Shown: positions 49,464 through 60,716 of the stretch, one piece after another
Numbering within the stretch: the stretch's first letter is position 1
Layout: each line of letters starts with the position of its first letter
Assembly: GCF_018977255.1 (NCBI RefSeq)
Contig: NW_024704742.1
Coordinates: forward strand, 20,152,001 to 20,216,000
Source of the DNA: Callorhinchus milii
Taxonomy: Eukaryota
Reading direction: 5' to 3'
DNA length: 64,000 nucleotides
Program-made: the position numbers and the translations under genes
The notes under the pieces: model-generated
Told to the model about the DNA's origin: nothing
The model's input: only the letters and a program-made list of their open reading frames with translations
Databases searched by the model: none

Positions 49464-51212
49464 TTTTTCTAAAACAGCTACGACGACGCTCACCAATTAC
49501 TCTGGAGGATTGTTGGCCAGGGCACCTGACGAAAGGGCTGAAGGCCTCCTCCTGCTCCTGTTTTCCTATGTTCCTATGGCACAAGACGTTGAGCTCGTTC
49601 TTGTTAACAAGACTGCATCAAATCCATCCAATTTCTCCCCTCCCTTCTCCTCACCTCTTAATGTTCATGGCAGGTGCATTGTCAGTTGGAGCTAGCCTGG
49701 TCTCTTGCTGACAGTCGTTGAGGGACACTTCACCCTATTTGAGTGAGCTAAAGACAAGAAGGCAATCTGAGTGTCTGTTTCTCATCACTGAGCAATCATT
49801 GTCTTCCCTATTGACAATGTGTGATCTTGTGCTCTCTGTACTTTGATGCCCAGCAAATATATGATAATGAGACTTTCTCTGATAAGTTCTACAATTTCTA
49901 TTCACAGCATGTAATACTACTGCAGAATTCAGAAAGTAAATAAGACAAGTCTCATTCAATCTCATTAAATATAATAATACAAGGCTGGTTTCAATTTACT
50001 GGCCTTGATGGCAAGAACATATTATTTGCGGTTATTCAGCATTCACTGGCAAAGTCAATACATTCACTAACAAGTGAAAAATAATCCCCAATAATTTATC
50101 GTGTGTGGATTATGTTTCTAGAAACAGAGATAAAGGCTGATTAAAGTGAATGTTTCAGACAGATGCTTTCATAATAAGTCTTCCAATATCACGAACAGGA
50201 AATCTATATAATAATCCTTACTATTGGTATAGCACCTTTCTCAATGGGAGAACATCTCAAAGCACTTCACAAGATTTACAACAACAACAAGATTGCATTT
50301 ATAGACTGCCTATCATGTCGGGAGGATGTCCCAAGGCCAGTGGAGGCGAGCGAGGGTGGGAGTGATGTGGTCGCATAGCCTGGTGCGGGACAGTACACGA
50401 GCTGCAGAGTTTTGAATGACCTGCAGCTTGTGGAGGGAGGTACTGGGAAGGCCGACGATGAGAGAGTTCCCGTAGTCCAGCCTTGAGGTGATAAAGGCGT
50501 GGACCAGGCGTGGATATTTACTGTAATGTATCATGACTGTGTATTGTGTAGTCGAGCACGACAGCTAATTTTCACACAGCGATGTCCCACAAGCAGCCAG
50601 AAGTGAATGACCAATTTTATCTGGGGGATTGTTGACCAGGATCCTGAGAGAAACTCCTTTTTCTTTTTGATTAGTGCCATGGGGCCTTTAATGTCAACCT
50701 GAACAGGCAATCAGGACCTCATCTGAAGGATGGCACTGTCAACAATACTGCACACCTCAGCACTCTATCAGTGTATCAGCCTAGACTGTGTGAACACACA
50801 ACCTTTTGACTAAGATCTGGAGTGCTACCAACTGAACCAGGCTATAAGTAACACATGCTGTAACTATTAAATCATAAATATTATCAAGATCTTATTCATT
50901 TCAAAGTTAACGAACAACCTGCTATATAGGTCATAAACAATGGAGAAGGGACTAATTTCACAGAAAAAAAGCAGCCTCACTTAGATGCACCTACCATGAA
51001 CATTGAGAGGTGAGGAGAAGTGAGGGGAGAAATTGGATGGATTTGATGCATTCTTTGTTAACAAGAACGGGCTCCAATTCCATCAACTTCTTGTGCCATA
51101 GGAACATAGGAAAACAGGAGCAGGAGGAGGCCTTCAGCTCTTTCATCAGGTGCCCTGGCCAACAATCCTCCAGATTAATTGGTGAGCGTCCTTCATAACT
51201 GTTTTGGAAAAA
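49464..51212. repeat. Long inverted repeat: arms 49464-49679 and 50985-51212
   Basis: About 93% identity by manual alignment, with one 10-nt indel. The ORF track shows the same peptide on opposite strands (LEDCWPGHL...SSCSCFPMFLWHK). Confidence 0.92.
50209..50843 (-). mobile_element. Deu-domain SINE with nested, internally deleted L2 (50280-50510)
   Basis: SINE tail at 50209-50279 resumes at 50511. L2 [18 protein letters not shown]...RLHW is joined directly to its tail. Confidence 0.8.
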
Positions 51213-52399
51213 CATACCTTTAATGTCATTCCTCCCAATCACATTGACGACTTTTCATTTCTGCTGCTTGAAAATCCTTCTTGCTACCTTTCTAACAACA
51301 ATCATGAAGTGAATGAGCAATAGTATCAAAGATTATTGGCCGAGCTCCTGGCAGAAACTCCTTTCTAACAGAGTTCTGCTTGGAAAAATTTAACATTCTA
51401 TTTAATGTTTAAACACCTAAAATAAATCTTTATGGCCTCTTGGGCACATTATTATGAATCTAAGATGAAATGTTTTCTGGTTTCATTTTTAGAATACATT
51501 GCACAGCAGAAATAACAATAAGGATAAGTACCAGGAGAAATTAAAGAGAGACGTAACAGAACATCACTAGCCAAAAATTCCGCCCAGTCTTAGCTTGCAA
51601 GACCATTTTGTCCTAAAATTTAAGAATGTATAAAATTGTCAAAAGTTCATAAAATAATTTTTATCTGGAAAGCGGGATTTCCACAGTTCTTACAAACAAA
51701 TGACTTTCACATAAAGACTGAATTCAAGAAGTTTGAGATTTGGAAAATTATCTGTAGAGTATGAATCTCCAATGGATTGCAGACAATCCTTTGTAAATCC
51801 ACTCGGATGCCAGTTTCCGCTTTGACTTCCGTGAGAGTCATTGCGACGCATTTACATTCCCTTTCACTACAATTTTGAAAATTATGCCCCAGGGAGCTTG
51901 AAATTGTCCTCGTTGGTAGAAGAGCATCAGGAATGATGCAAAGGAACTGGAAAAAAGCGACTGTGAAAAAAAAATTCCGCACAAATGCCTGTGAACAAAT
52001 GTCTCATGCTTTCAGTGCCTTTCAAGGATAAATTCCTGGACTTTGGTACCACGCCATTGATTTCACTTAAGCAGCTACACATCTTTTTAAGCATCAGGTC
52101 ATGACATTACCAATGTGCACATAAATAAAAGTATCTATTGATGGTATTTTCTGGATGCAAATAAGAAGCATCAGGCAAGCTGAATTGCACAATAATGACC
52201 CAAGCTGTTGTTTGAGGGAATTTGCCTAGCTTAAATACTACTTTACCACAACTAACATATGTATATGCTTTTCACATTGAATAACTTCTCAGAACGGTTT
52301 ACAGGGCCAGTGCTGAGCACTGAGCACTGGTGAGGAATGGGGGAGGTAATCACAGTTACAGTCAAAGAAATAAGTTTTTAGGTGGCTTTTCATGTTTAG

Positions 52400-53815
52400 A
52401 TCTGCCCCACATCTGTGCCATGACCTGCTCTGCCTTCCCCGACCTCTGCAACGTCGCCCGGCTCCGACACTGTCTCACACCGCAGGCCGCCGAAACCCTC
52501 ATACGCACCTTCATTACATCAAGGCTCGACCATGCAAACTCACAGTTTGTCGACCTCTCCAACTCCTCCCTCCAAAGGCTTCAGATCATCCAGAACTCTG
52601 CAGCCAGTGTCCTCTCCCGCACTAGGCTCCACGCCCCTATCACCCCCATCCTTGCCCAAATCCACTGGCTTCCCATCACACAGAGGATACAGTTCAAGAT
52701 CCTGGTCCTCACCTTCAAAGCCTTCCATAGTCTTGCTCCCCCTACCCCTCTAACCTCCTAACCTCCTTACCACCCTGTTCACTCCGTCCGCTCAGCGGGC
52801 TCCTGCCTGCTTCACATCCCCTGCCTTGCTGGCCCCACTATTGGCGGGCTGGCCTTCCGCCACTCTGCACCCACCCTCTGGAACTCCACTCCGCAGTCCC
52901 TCCATCTCGCCCCCTCCCTCGCCACCTTCAAGACCCATTGTTGCGATTTCCGATCCCGAGAGTTCGAAATATGACCCGACAATCCAAGATGGTGCAATAA
53001 TTCTTTTATTATAAGACAGTGAGCTTAATAGTGTGTAAAGAAGAGCATACTACTGGTTAATCCGCGCAGAACAAAAGTGGAAGAAAATTTCTTGGCTGTC
53101 GTCACGCGCTTGCCCTTGTTTCGCTGGTGTAAGTCTCTCGCTCCCCTCCTGCCAGTCAGGACCAACTGACTTCTCTCTCTCTCTCTTCACTAATTATACC
53201 CTTTTCTGGACTCTAGCCAGATACCCTGTCATAACTTATCCTGCACATTCTCATCCTAATCAGTCATTGGCCTAGCGCCAGTCTGACCGGTGTTGATAAG
53301 GTGAGTCTCCATTGTCTTGTCTATAATCATATTATTTGGGACTGGCCTATTGGGAAATCTACTCCTTATCTTCCTAGGCCTAGCGCATGATGTTTTGCAG
53401 ACCTTTTCTCTCCATTTCTAGCTGGTACCGAAGGTTACAATAACATTTAGGACTCTGCATCTGGAGAAAGGAGAGATAACGGATACCGTGGTTCCAGCCT
53501 GTGCCACATTCCATTAGTAAGAAAGCTAATTTGGCAGTCATTTTGACCTGTTAATACAATTAATTAAACATATCTTAAAAGAATGGACATAAAAATCTTG
53601 TTCTATTCTAAATGATTAAAGGGGAATCCCTATATCCCAACACCATCTCAAGACCCTCCTCTTCGAACGTGCTTTCCATCTCCCTGTTTCTCCCCCTGCC
53701 CTCCACTCGCCCCCACTCCGACCCCCAGCTCGGATCCGTAACTCTGTCTGTCCAGTGCCTTGGGACATGCTCCCGATGTGAAAAGGCTATACAAATGTAA
53801 TTTTGTTGTTGTTGT
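52400..53815 (+). mobile_element. L2 family-A fragment split by a solo LTR
   Basis: ORF 52330-52761 FITSRLDHANS...IHWLPITQRIQFKILVLTFKA. CTTCAAGACCCAT|CTCAAGACCCTC is continuous across the insertion. Confidence 0.9.
52939..53642 (-). mobile_element. Solo LTR (704 bp), ERV1- or Gypsy-like
   Basis: TGTTGCGAT...ATCCCAACA termini, exact 4-bp TSD CCAT (52935-52938 and 53643-53646). Minus strand has CCAAT boxes (53349-53353, 53266-53270), TATA-like GTATAATTA (about 53191-53199) and AATAAA (53005-53010) in U3-R-U5 order. Confidence 0.9.
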
Positions 53816-53914
53816 GGATAGTTAGACAACAAGATAGATAGACCTGGGTATCATTTGCATAGATGCAGAAACTATGCAGATGTTGTCACCAAGGGGGAAG
53901 AGATGAGGAAAAAG

Positions 53915-54205
53915 CTGATGCTCCAATACAGTGCTGCATTGTTGGAGGTGCCATCCTTCAGGTCTATCTCCCTGTCTAGGTGGATGTTAAAGATCTTGTG
54001 GCACAAGAAGTGTCTCCAAGTGTCTGGCCAACAACCCCCCAAATAAAAATTGGTCATTCACTTCATAGCTGTTTGTGGGATATTGCTGTGTGTGAGTTGG
54101 TTGCCAGGTTCGCCCACAAAATACACTTTACAGTATATCCTATGAAGCACTTTGAGAAACCTCAATGATGTGATGAGGTGCTATTTCAAATGCAAGGATT
54201 ATTAG
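53915..54205 (+). mobile_element. Deu-domain SINE, 5'-truncated
   Basis: GCTGCATTGTTGGAGGTGCCATCCTTCAG...GGATGTTAAAGATC...CAAATGCAAGGATTATT. Confidence 0.72.
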
Positions 54206-54799
54206 TTTGTTTAGGAGCTATGACTTTTGTGTTCTATTATCCTCCAGTACCATTTCACTGAGGACTTCAGTGGCTGGGGAATGAAAAAACAGCACAAAAT
54301 ATTCATTATTTTATATCCAATAGTATCTTTCTGGATTTTTAATGGGAGTGTCATCCTATATTTCTCAGTACTTGTGCTTATTTTAAGTCCCAATTCATAC
54401 ATAAGGAAAGTGAATCAGTGATGACCTTGGGTGTATGCATCTACACATAAAATGCGAGCCTTTGTAAAATGTGCTTTGAATTTCTATAAAGGAAAAATGT
54501 TGTTTACAAGCAGACTTGACAAAATACGCATCCAATATTGAAAAACGGCTTCCCCAGTAAGATTGAATTTGTGAATTTATGACAATTATGTGCAATCTTA
54601 AATTTTAATTATCTTAAAAGCTGAGACTAGGTAGCACTCTGGGTTTGTGATGTTAAGTTCTTATCCTCTAACTTCATGTGATAGTCCTTATTGTCATTTC
54701 CATCACAATGGAGTTTGTTCGGTGGTCAATAAGACCTCACCAAGCTCTGTGTTTATCAGGCGTTATTTGAACAGCATTTGTTCCATCATTAAGGTCATT

Positions 54800-55060
54800 A
54801 TTTTAGAAACCTTCAGCACAGAAGGAAGCCTTCGACCCATCGAGTCTGTACTGGTTTACAGAGCAAGGAAATCAGTTTTGTCCCACTGCCCCACCTTATC
54901 CCGAGACCCCTTCAAGCCCCTCTCTTTCATATGCCTGTCTACCTCCCTCTTGAAAGCTACAATAGACTCCACCTCCACTACCCTACTCAGAAGGGCATGC
55001 CACATTCCAACAATTTTCTGGGTGAAAAAAAAATAATTTTAACTTCTCCTTTCATTTGTT
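54800..55060 (-). mobile_element. CR1 3' fragment
   Basis: CAGCACAGAAGGAAGCCTTCGACCCATCGAGTCTG... matches the other CR1 ends. Confidence 0.65.
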
Positions 55061-55466
55061 CTTGTGACTTTCTTATAACTAGAACTTCTGTTTTTCGGAG
55101 TTTAAAAATGTCATTTTTCAGGTTTCATTTTTAAGCAAGGTTTGTGTTCTAAAAGGTCGGGGTATTTCAGGGCTTTCAGATACTTGTAATGAGAAGATTG
55201 AGCTGTCCTGCTCACAAGGAGGGGAGAGAGGTGCCTTTGTGCATGCTTGGTGCATCCCTTCTCTCGTGTTTGTATGTTTGTATGAAGCAGACGTGTCTGT
55301 GCACACAGAAGGGAGAGAGATACCCTCACATATGCACAGTGTCCACCTCCTCTCACAAATGTGATACCAGATGCTCCTTTGCACGTGGAGAGGAGAAGGA
55401 CAAGCAGAGACAACAACAACAACAACTTGCATTTATATAGCACCCTTCAATAGCTTGTGTACTCTC

Positions 55467-55755
55467 AATGGCAAGCTATGCAGTTTTTACTGGGTTCAAT
55501 GGGTTAACCTCTTTCAGTACCTTCAACGCACACCCTGGGGTCCCGTTGCCAAACTGCACCTGAAGCTGTCCCAAATTAGGTAAGCAGGGTATGTCTCAAA
55601 AAGGAGAGAGTGTGCATTTCATTCCAGACATAGGGATATCTCCTTTTGTAGGTAACATACATATGTGGAGCTCTGGCTTGATCAATCTGGTTTGGATACT
55701 CTTAAGGGTGGCAATTGCTTTGAACATCTGTCAACCACCTGGCTGACCAATAAGA
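55467..55755 (+). mobile_element. RTE-X-like LINE 3' UTR
   Basis: Reverse complement of 8602-8835 and 62632-62860. Ends CCTGGCTGACCAAATAAG. Confidence 0.68.
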
Positions 55756-55930
55756 AATGGTATATACAGTAACTAACATTGGGAACCTACTGAGTGTGGG
55801 CCAAGGTTTCTATCCTTTTTCACATTGTCTTGGGCATGGGTCTTATTTGGATACATTTTAGCACTTCAATGTGATCACGACTTAACTGATTTTTCTGATA
55901 CTGATACCGGCTGATCAATCAAATGAGGGA

Positions 55931-56612
55931 ACAACAACAACAAGATTACATTTGTATAGCGCCTTTCATGTAGGGAGGACGTCCCAAAGCCCTGGACAGA
56001 GTACAGTATTTCAGACCCGTGCTGGGGTTGGGAGGGGTAAGAGAGGGGATGGGAAGGGGGGTGACTGATGGCACAGTCGAAGAGGAGGGTCTTGAGGCGG
56101 GACTTGAAGGAGACTAAGGAGGAGGCGAGGTGGAATGACTGGGGGATGGAATTCCAGAGGTTGGGGGCAGAGTGACTGAAGGCTCTCCCACCAATGGTGG
56201 GGCAGGTGGGTTGGAGGACGTGGAGTAGGCCAGAGCCAATTTAGCGGAGGGAACAGGTGGGTTGGTAGGGGATTAGGAGATCGCAGAGATAAGGTTGGGT
56301 GAGGCCATGGAGGGCTTTGTATTTGGATAGGGATAGGGATAGGGAGCCAGTGGACTTGGGTGAGAGTGGGTGAGATGGTGTCACGCAGTTTGGTGCGGGA
56401 GAGGACACGGGCTGCAGAGTTCTGGATTATCTGCAGCCTGTGGAGGGAGGAGCTGGGAAGGCCGACAAGCAGGGCATTTGCATAGTCGAGCCTGGAGGTG
56501 ATGAAGGCATGAACAAGAGTTTCAGCGGCCTGAGGAGTGAGGTAGTAGCGGAGTCGGGCGATGTTACGGTGGTGAGGGAAGACGGAGCGAGTCATGGCTT
56601 GAATGTGGAGAA
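55931..56612 (-). mobile_element. L2 family-A fragment
   Basis: ORF 56011-56640 RNIARLR...[19 protein letters not shown]...QVHWLP, with a (TTG)n tail. Confidence 0.92.
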
Positions 56613-56999
56613 AGAGATAAGAGTCATACTGTTCAATCATCCCTGACTATTCAGTGCCTTGGGATGCCCTCCCGATAGGAAAGGCGCTTTATGAATATAA
56701 TTTTATACTTTGTATTTGTATTTTGTATCATTGAGACAAGTACTGCCAGTGAGCTGGTAAGTTTGTAAATCGAGATGTTTTTAATTAATGTGCGAATTGT
56801 TAAATTATCTTTGTTGCATTAGTATTATTGGGCATGTGCAAATTAATGAAAGGGGTCTTTAAGTAGCAATGTTAATGCATTGGGGATCGAATGGAGATAA
56901 AGAGGTTATAATTTGACATATTGTTGTGTCAGATTAAATTAAGGCTGTGTGTTTTGAGATAAATTGGGAGATAATTCAAATTGCACTTGAATTTCATAT

Positions 57000-57384
57000 G
57001 CCAGCCTGGCTCATCAACATGACTTGGAGGGGCAGATTGATCACTGGGGATAGGAATTTTTCCCACTCAGCTCCTGCAAGCCAAAGCCCTAACAAGTAGG
57101 ATTCTCGATGCTGGACAAGCAGCACAGAGTTTTAGCTGGTTAGACTACAGCAGTACCCCAATGCACACTATGCCTTGGCTCTAGCCAATCTGCTCTAAAA
57201 CTCTCTGAAATTAGGTAGAGCAGGGTATGTCTTTCTAGGGAGAGAATGCATATTCCATTACAGATATAGGGAAATTTCCATGTGTAGATGGCATACATAA
57301 GTGGAACTCTGTCAGGTTTGAGTACTCTTAAGCATGGTGATTGGTGTCAGACACCCGGCTGACCCCCCCCCCCCCCCCCCCAAA
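57000..57384 (+). mobile_element. RTE-X-like LINE, ORF end through 3' terminus
   Basis: Starts GCCAGCCTGGCTCATC (as at 17705-17720) and ends CGGCTGA(C)19AAA, linking the coding piece to the 3' UTR family. Confidence 0.72.
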
Positions 57385-57820
57385 TGAGATTCTGTATGAA
57401 CAAATATTTTCCAAGAAACTTTATAAATGGAATAATTTGTATCTTGGTCTAAGCTTAAAATCGGAATCACACACAAAAAAGACTGATTTGCAAATTCCTC
57501 AGTTCCTTGATGGAAGAGGATATATGTTCAAAATATTGTTTTTAGTGACAGGTTGAGCTGGAGTATTGTGAATGAGGTTTTAAAAACTGAAGAAATGTAA
57601 TCCCAAAATCATCAATTTGGATAATAAAAATAGTCTTTACATTTGCTGCAGGGTCTTTCAAGTTGGGAAGAAGAGTGGTTTGGAACCCAAAATAACTAAG
57701 CTCTCAGAGGGCTTGTGTCAATTGCAAATGTTTTAATGGCAGTATCTACTACAAAGAGGTATAGTTACCAATCTGGGGCACAGAAGAAGTAATTACAAGA
57801 GTTTCTTCTTCTTTTAGTGG

Positions 57821-58009
57821 TACCACACAGAGCAAGGACAATAGGTAAAGAGAAGATGGACACGATTCATTTCCAGCAAGCAAACAAGTTACACGAGTTC
57901 AATCATCAGCAAAACTTCACAGTGTTAAAGTGATTACAAATATATTTTTCATGCTGGCAAAGCTGAGCAATAGTATATATCCCCCTTAATGCAGTATACT
58001 TATATTAAT
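57821..58009. repeat. Direct duplication, copy 1 (copy 2 at 62087-62277)
   Basis: About 190 bp at about 90% identity. Both copies are followed by a minus-strand SINE 3' end. Confidence 0.9.
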
Positions 58010-58575
58010 GATAATCCTTTGCATTTGATATAGCGGCTTATCATGTCTTTGGGACATCTCAATGCGCTTCTCAGAATATACTGTAAAATGAATTGACTGT
58101 ATATTTGGTGGGCTAAATGCAGCAACCAATTGCGCACAGCAGTGTCCCACAAGCAGTCGTAGATCAAGTGACCAAATTATTATTTTAAAAAAATATGTTT
58201 TTGAAGGGATTATTACCCCCCCGGAAAGCGATCCGCCAATCGACTAACAACCCTGTTTCTACTTACTGCTAGGTAAAGAGAGTAAGGAAACTTGCCTAAC
58301 GTTTTGCTCTGCCCAGAAATTTAACCCAGGTCCTCTCACATGTGAGGCGAGTGCGCTAACCAATATGCTATAGGATTCCATTATTAATAATAATAATCCT
58401 TGCATTCGATATTGCGATGTTCACATCTTTTTGACGTCAAAAGCACTTGACAGAATATACTGTAACGAAAATTGACTGTATATTTTGACTGTGGGCGAAA
58501 TGCTGCAGCCAATTGCGCACAGCAGTGTCTCCCAAACAGTCGTGGATTGAAGTGACCAATTTATTATTGTATTCT
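58010..58575 (-). mobile_element. Head-to-tail SINE pair: full old-type SINE 58010-58379 plus 3' half 58380-58575
   Basis: Minus-strand head GGAATCCTATAGCATATTGGTTAGCGCACTCG, old central block, two (ATT)n tails. Confidence 0.82.
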
Positions 58576-58854
58576 TATGTCAAGAACAACTTGTCCTTAG
58601 TGCTTCAAAAGCGCTTCACAGAATACCAAAATATCCCTTCAATATAAAAACAATGTCCAATATATCCTTACGATTTCATAATAGTCTATTTTGGAGACAA
58701 ATATGGCAGCCAATTTGTTCATAGCAATGTTCCACAAACAGTCATGAAGTGAATGATTAATTTTATCACCTCCTACAATACAACCCTCCCCTTAAATTCT
58801 GAGCTCAAAATCCTGATGTCTTGAAGACGTGATAAGGCATTATCAAATGCAAGG

Positions 58855-58925
<71 letters not shown>

Positions 58926-58950
58926 GATTATGATTATGATTATGATTATG

Positions 58951-58997
<47 letters not shown>
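58855..58997 (+). repeat. (ATT)n microsatellite with (ATGATT)n core, expanded from a SINE tail
   Basis: Directly follows GAAGACGTGATAAGGCATTATCAAATGCAAGG. Confidence 0.95.
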
Positions 58998-59509
58998 GGG
59001 GCCTGAACACAAATCTTATACAAGTGGAGTAAGATTTCCAATAGTCCCAACATAAAACATCCAATTACGATTCACCTTTGCAAAGTGTACTTATCAGCAT
59101 TATCTGTCTAAATTCACCTTTGGAAATAATTTTTTCTCATCCTATGCAAGAGCAAACAATGGAACTGTTTCCAAAGTCACATTGAACTCACTCAAACAAT
59201 AGTTTGTTAAAAAACAATTTTTATTCCTCGGCGCAAAACCTGAACAACTGTAACTTGATCTTTGCTGGAAATCAATGGCCAAAATTAAATTAACAGACAA
59301 AAGGAATCGATTTAGGCCAAAAAAAAAGTTTAAATAAAATAGAAAATAAAATAGCAGTATTCATTGTGAAAGAATCAAATATGGCCCAAATAGAAAAAAA
59401 TAAAATCTTGATATGATCTGAACAGAGTCAGAGCTGACTTCATTTTTTGATCAGCCGTGTGTTTGACACATGTCCTATGTGAAAGACGCTATATAAATGC
59501 AACTTGGGT

Positions 59510-59690
59510 TCATAGAATCATAGAATCATGCAGCACAGAAGGAGGCCATTCGGCCCATTGTGTCTGTGCCGGCTCTTTGAAAACAGCTATCCACCTCAAT
59601 CCCATTCCCCTGCTCTCTCCCCATCACCCGGCAAATGTGTCCTCCCCAAATAATTATCTACTTCTCTCTTAAAAGTTGTTATGGAATCAA
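59510..59690 (-). mobile_element. CR1 3' end
   Basis: TCATAGAATCATAGAATCATGCAGCACAGAAGGAGGCCATTCGGCCC. Confidence 0.8.
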
Positions 59691-59924
59691 TTCAGTATTC
59701 AGGGTTAATTCGGGATTGCTCCAAAAATCTTTCCATTGCATCATGCAATGCTGATGAATTCAGGTAAAATTTTAGTGAAAGAAAATCATATTCTGAAATC
59801 AATTTTCTACCTCAAACATATACTATTTTGCATTTCTACTTCCAGTTCATATTCTACAATGAGAATTCTGTAGTGCTGCAAATTGTATGGTTTTATCACA
59901 TAACACACACAAATATACACAAAT

Positions 59925-60042
59925 TTCGCCCACAAATATACAGTCAATTCACTTTACAGTCTATTCTGTGACGTGCTTTGATACGTCTAGAAGACGTGAT
60001 AAGGCGCTATATCAAATGCAAGGATTATTATATTATTATTAT
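59925..60042 (+). mobile_element. Young SINE 3' fragment
   Basis: TTCGCCCACAAATATACAG...ACGTCTAGAAGACGTG...(ATT)n. Confidence 0.85.
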
Positions 60043-60059
60043 ATAACACAGTAAATCTA

Positions 60060-60300
60060 TCTGCCTGGCCCAGTTGGTAGCACTCATCTCATGAGTCAGA
60101 AGCATGGGTTGTTCAAGCTTCATGTTGGGGATTGGAGCCCATATAGTATATGCTGACACTCCAATGCTTTGCTGGGAGTGAGCTGCCTTGTCAGAGATGA
60201 CTTTAAAAACTAGGTCCAATCTGCCTATCCAGATGGATGTTAGGGATCCCATGGCACTATTTGGAAAGAGAAGGGAGTTTCTCCCGGTACAATCCCTGCA
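60060..60300 (+). mobile_element. Deu-domain SINE 5' part
   Basis: Head GCCTGGCCCAGTTGGTAGCACTC and core GATCCCATGGCACTATTTGGAAAGAG. Confidence 0.72.
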
Positions 60301-60716
60301 AATTATTATATTTGTAAAAATAAACATGTTATAAACATTATACCAATCTGGGACAGAAATTACAACCAAATCATGCAATTCTACTCAAATTATATTTGCC
60401 TCTTGGTTGAAATCAATGGTGTGAAACCCTATCTAGTCTCGTCCTGACACATCATTCTGTCTTGAATTTTAAGATCCAGCAGAATTATGGAAAATTCTTC
60501 AATTCTATTTGGAAACTATTTTTTTNCCCCCATTTAAAAAGGCCTGATTTCCAAATTGAGAATTTTCCACTATTCTGCACAAACCTTTTAAGACAAAATA
60601 GTCTCACAGTTTAAGCCCACACGGAAGTTTAGACCTCAAGTGGTGAACTCACAGATCATTATTATTATTATCATTGATCATTATTATCATTAGAACACTC
60701 ACCTCTCAAGAGAGAG

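Noticed and set aside
55218..55355. Loose inverted similarity (GAGGTG..TGTGCAT..CCCTTCT versus AGAAGGG..ATGCACA..CACCTC)
   Set aside because: Too gapped to support a MITE or hairpin call by eye.
57363..57381. C19 run, and the single N at 60526
   Set aside because: Homopolymer slippage at a LINE terminus and a base-calling ambiguity, respectively.
58773..59064. Poly-Ile and poly-Asn ORFs
   Set aside because: They are translations of the (ATT)n microsatellite.
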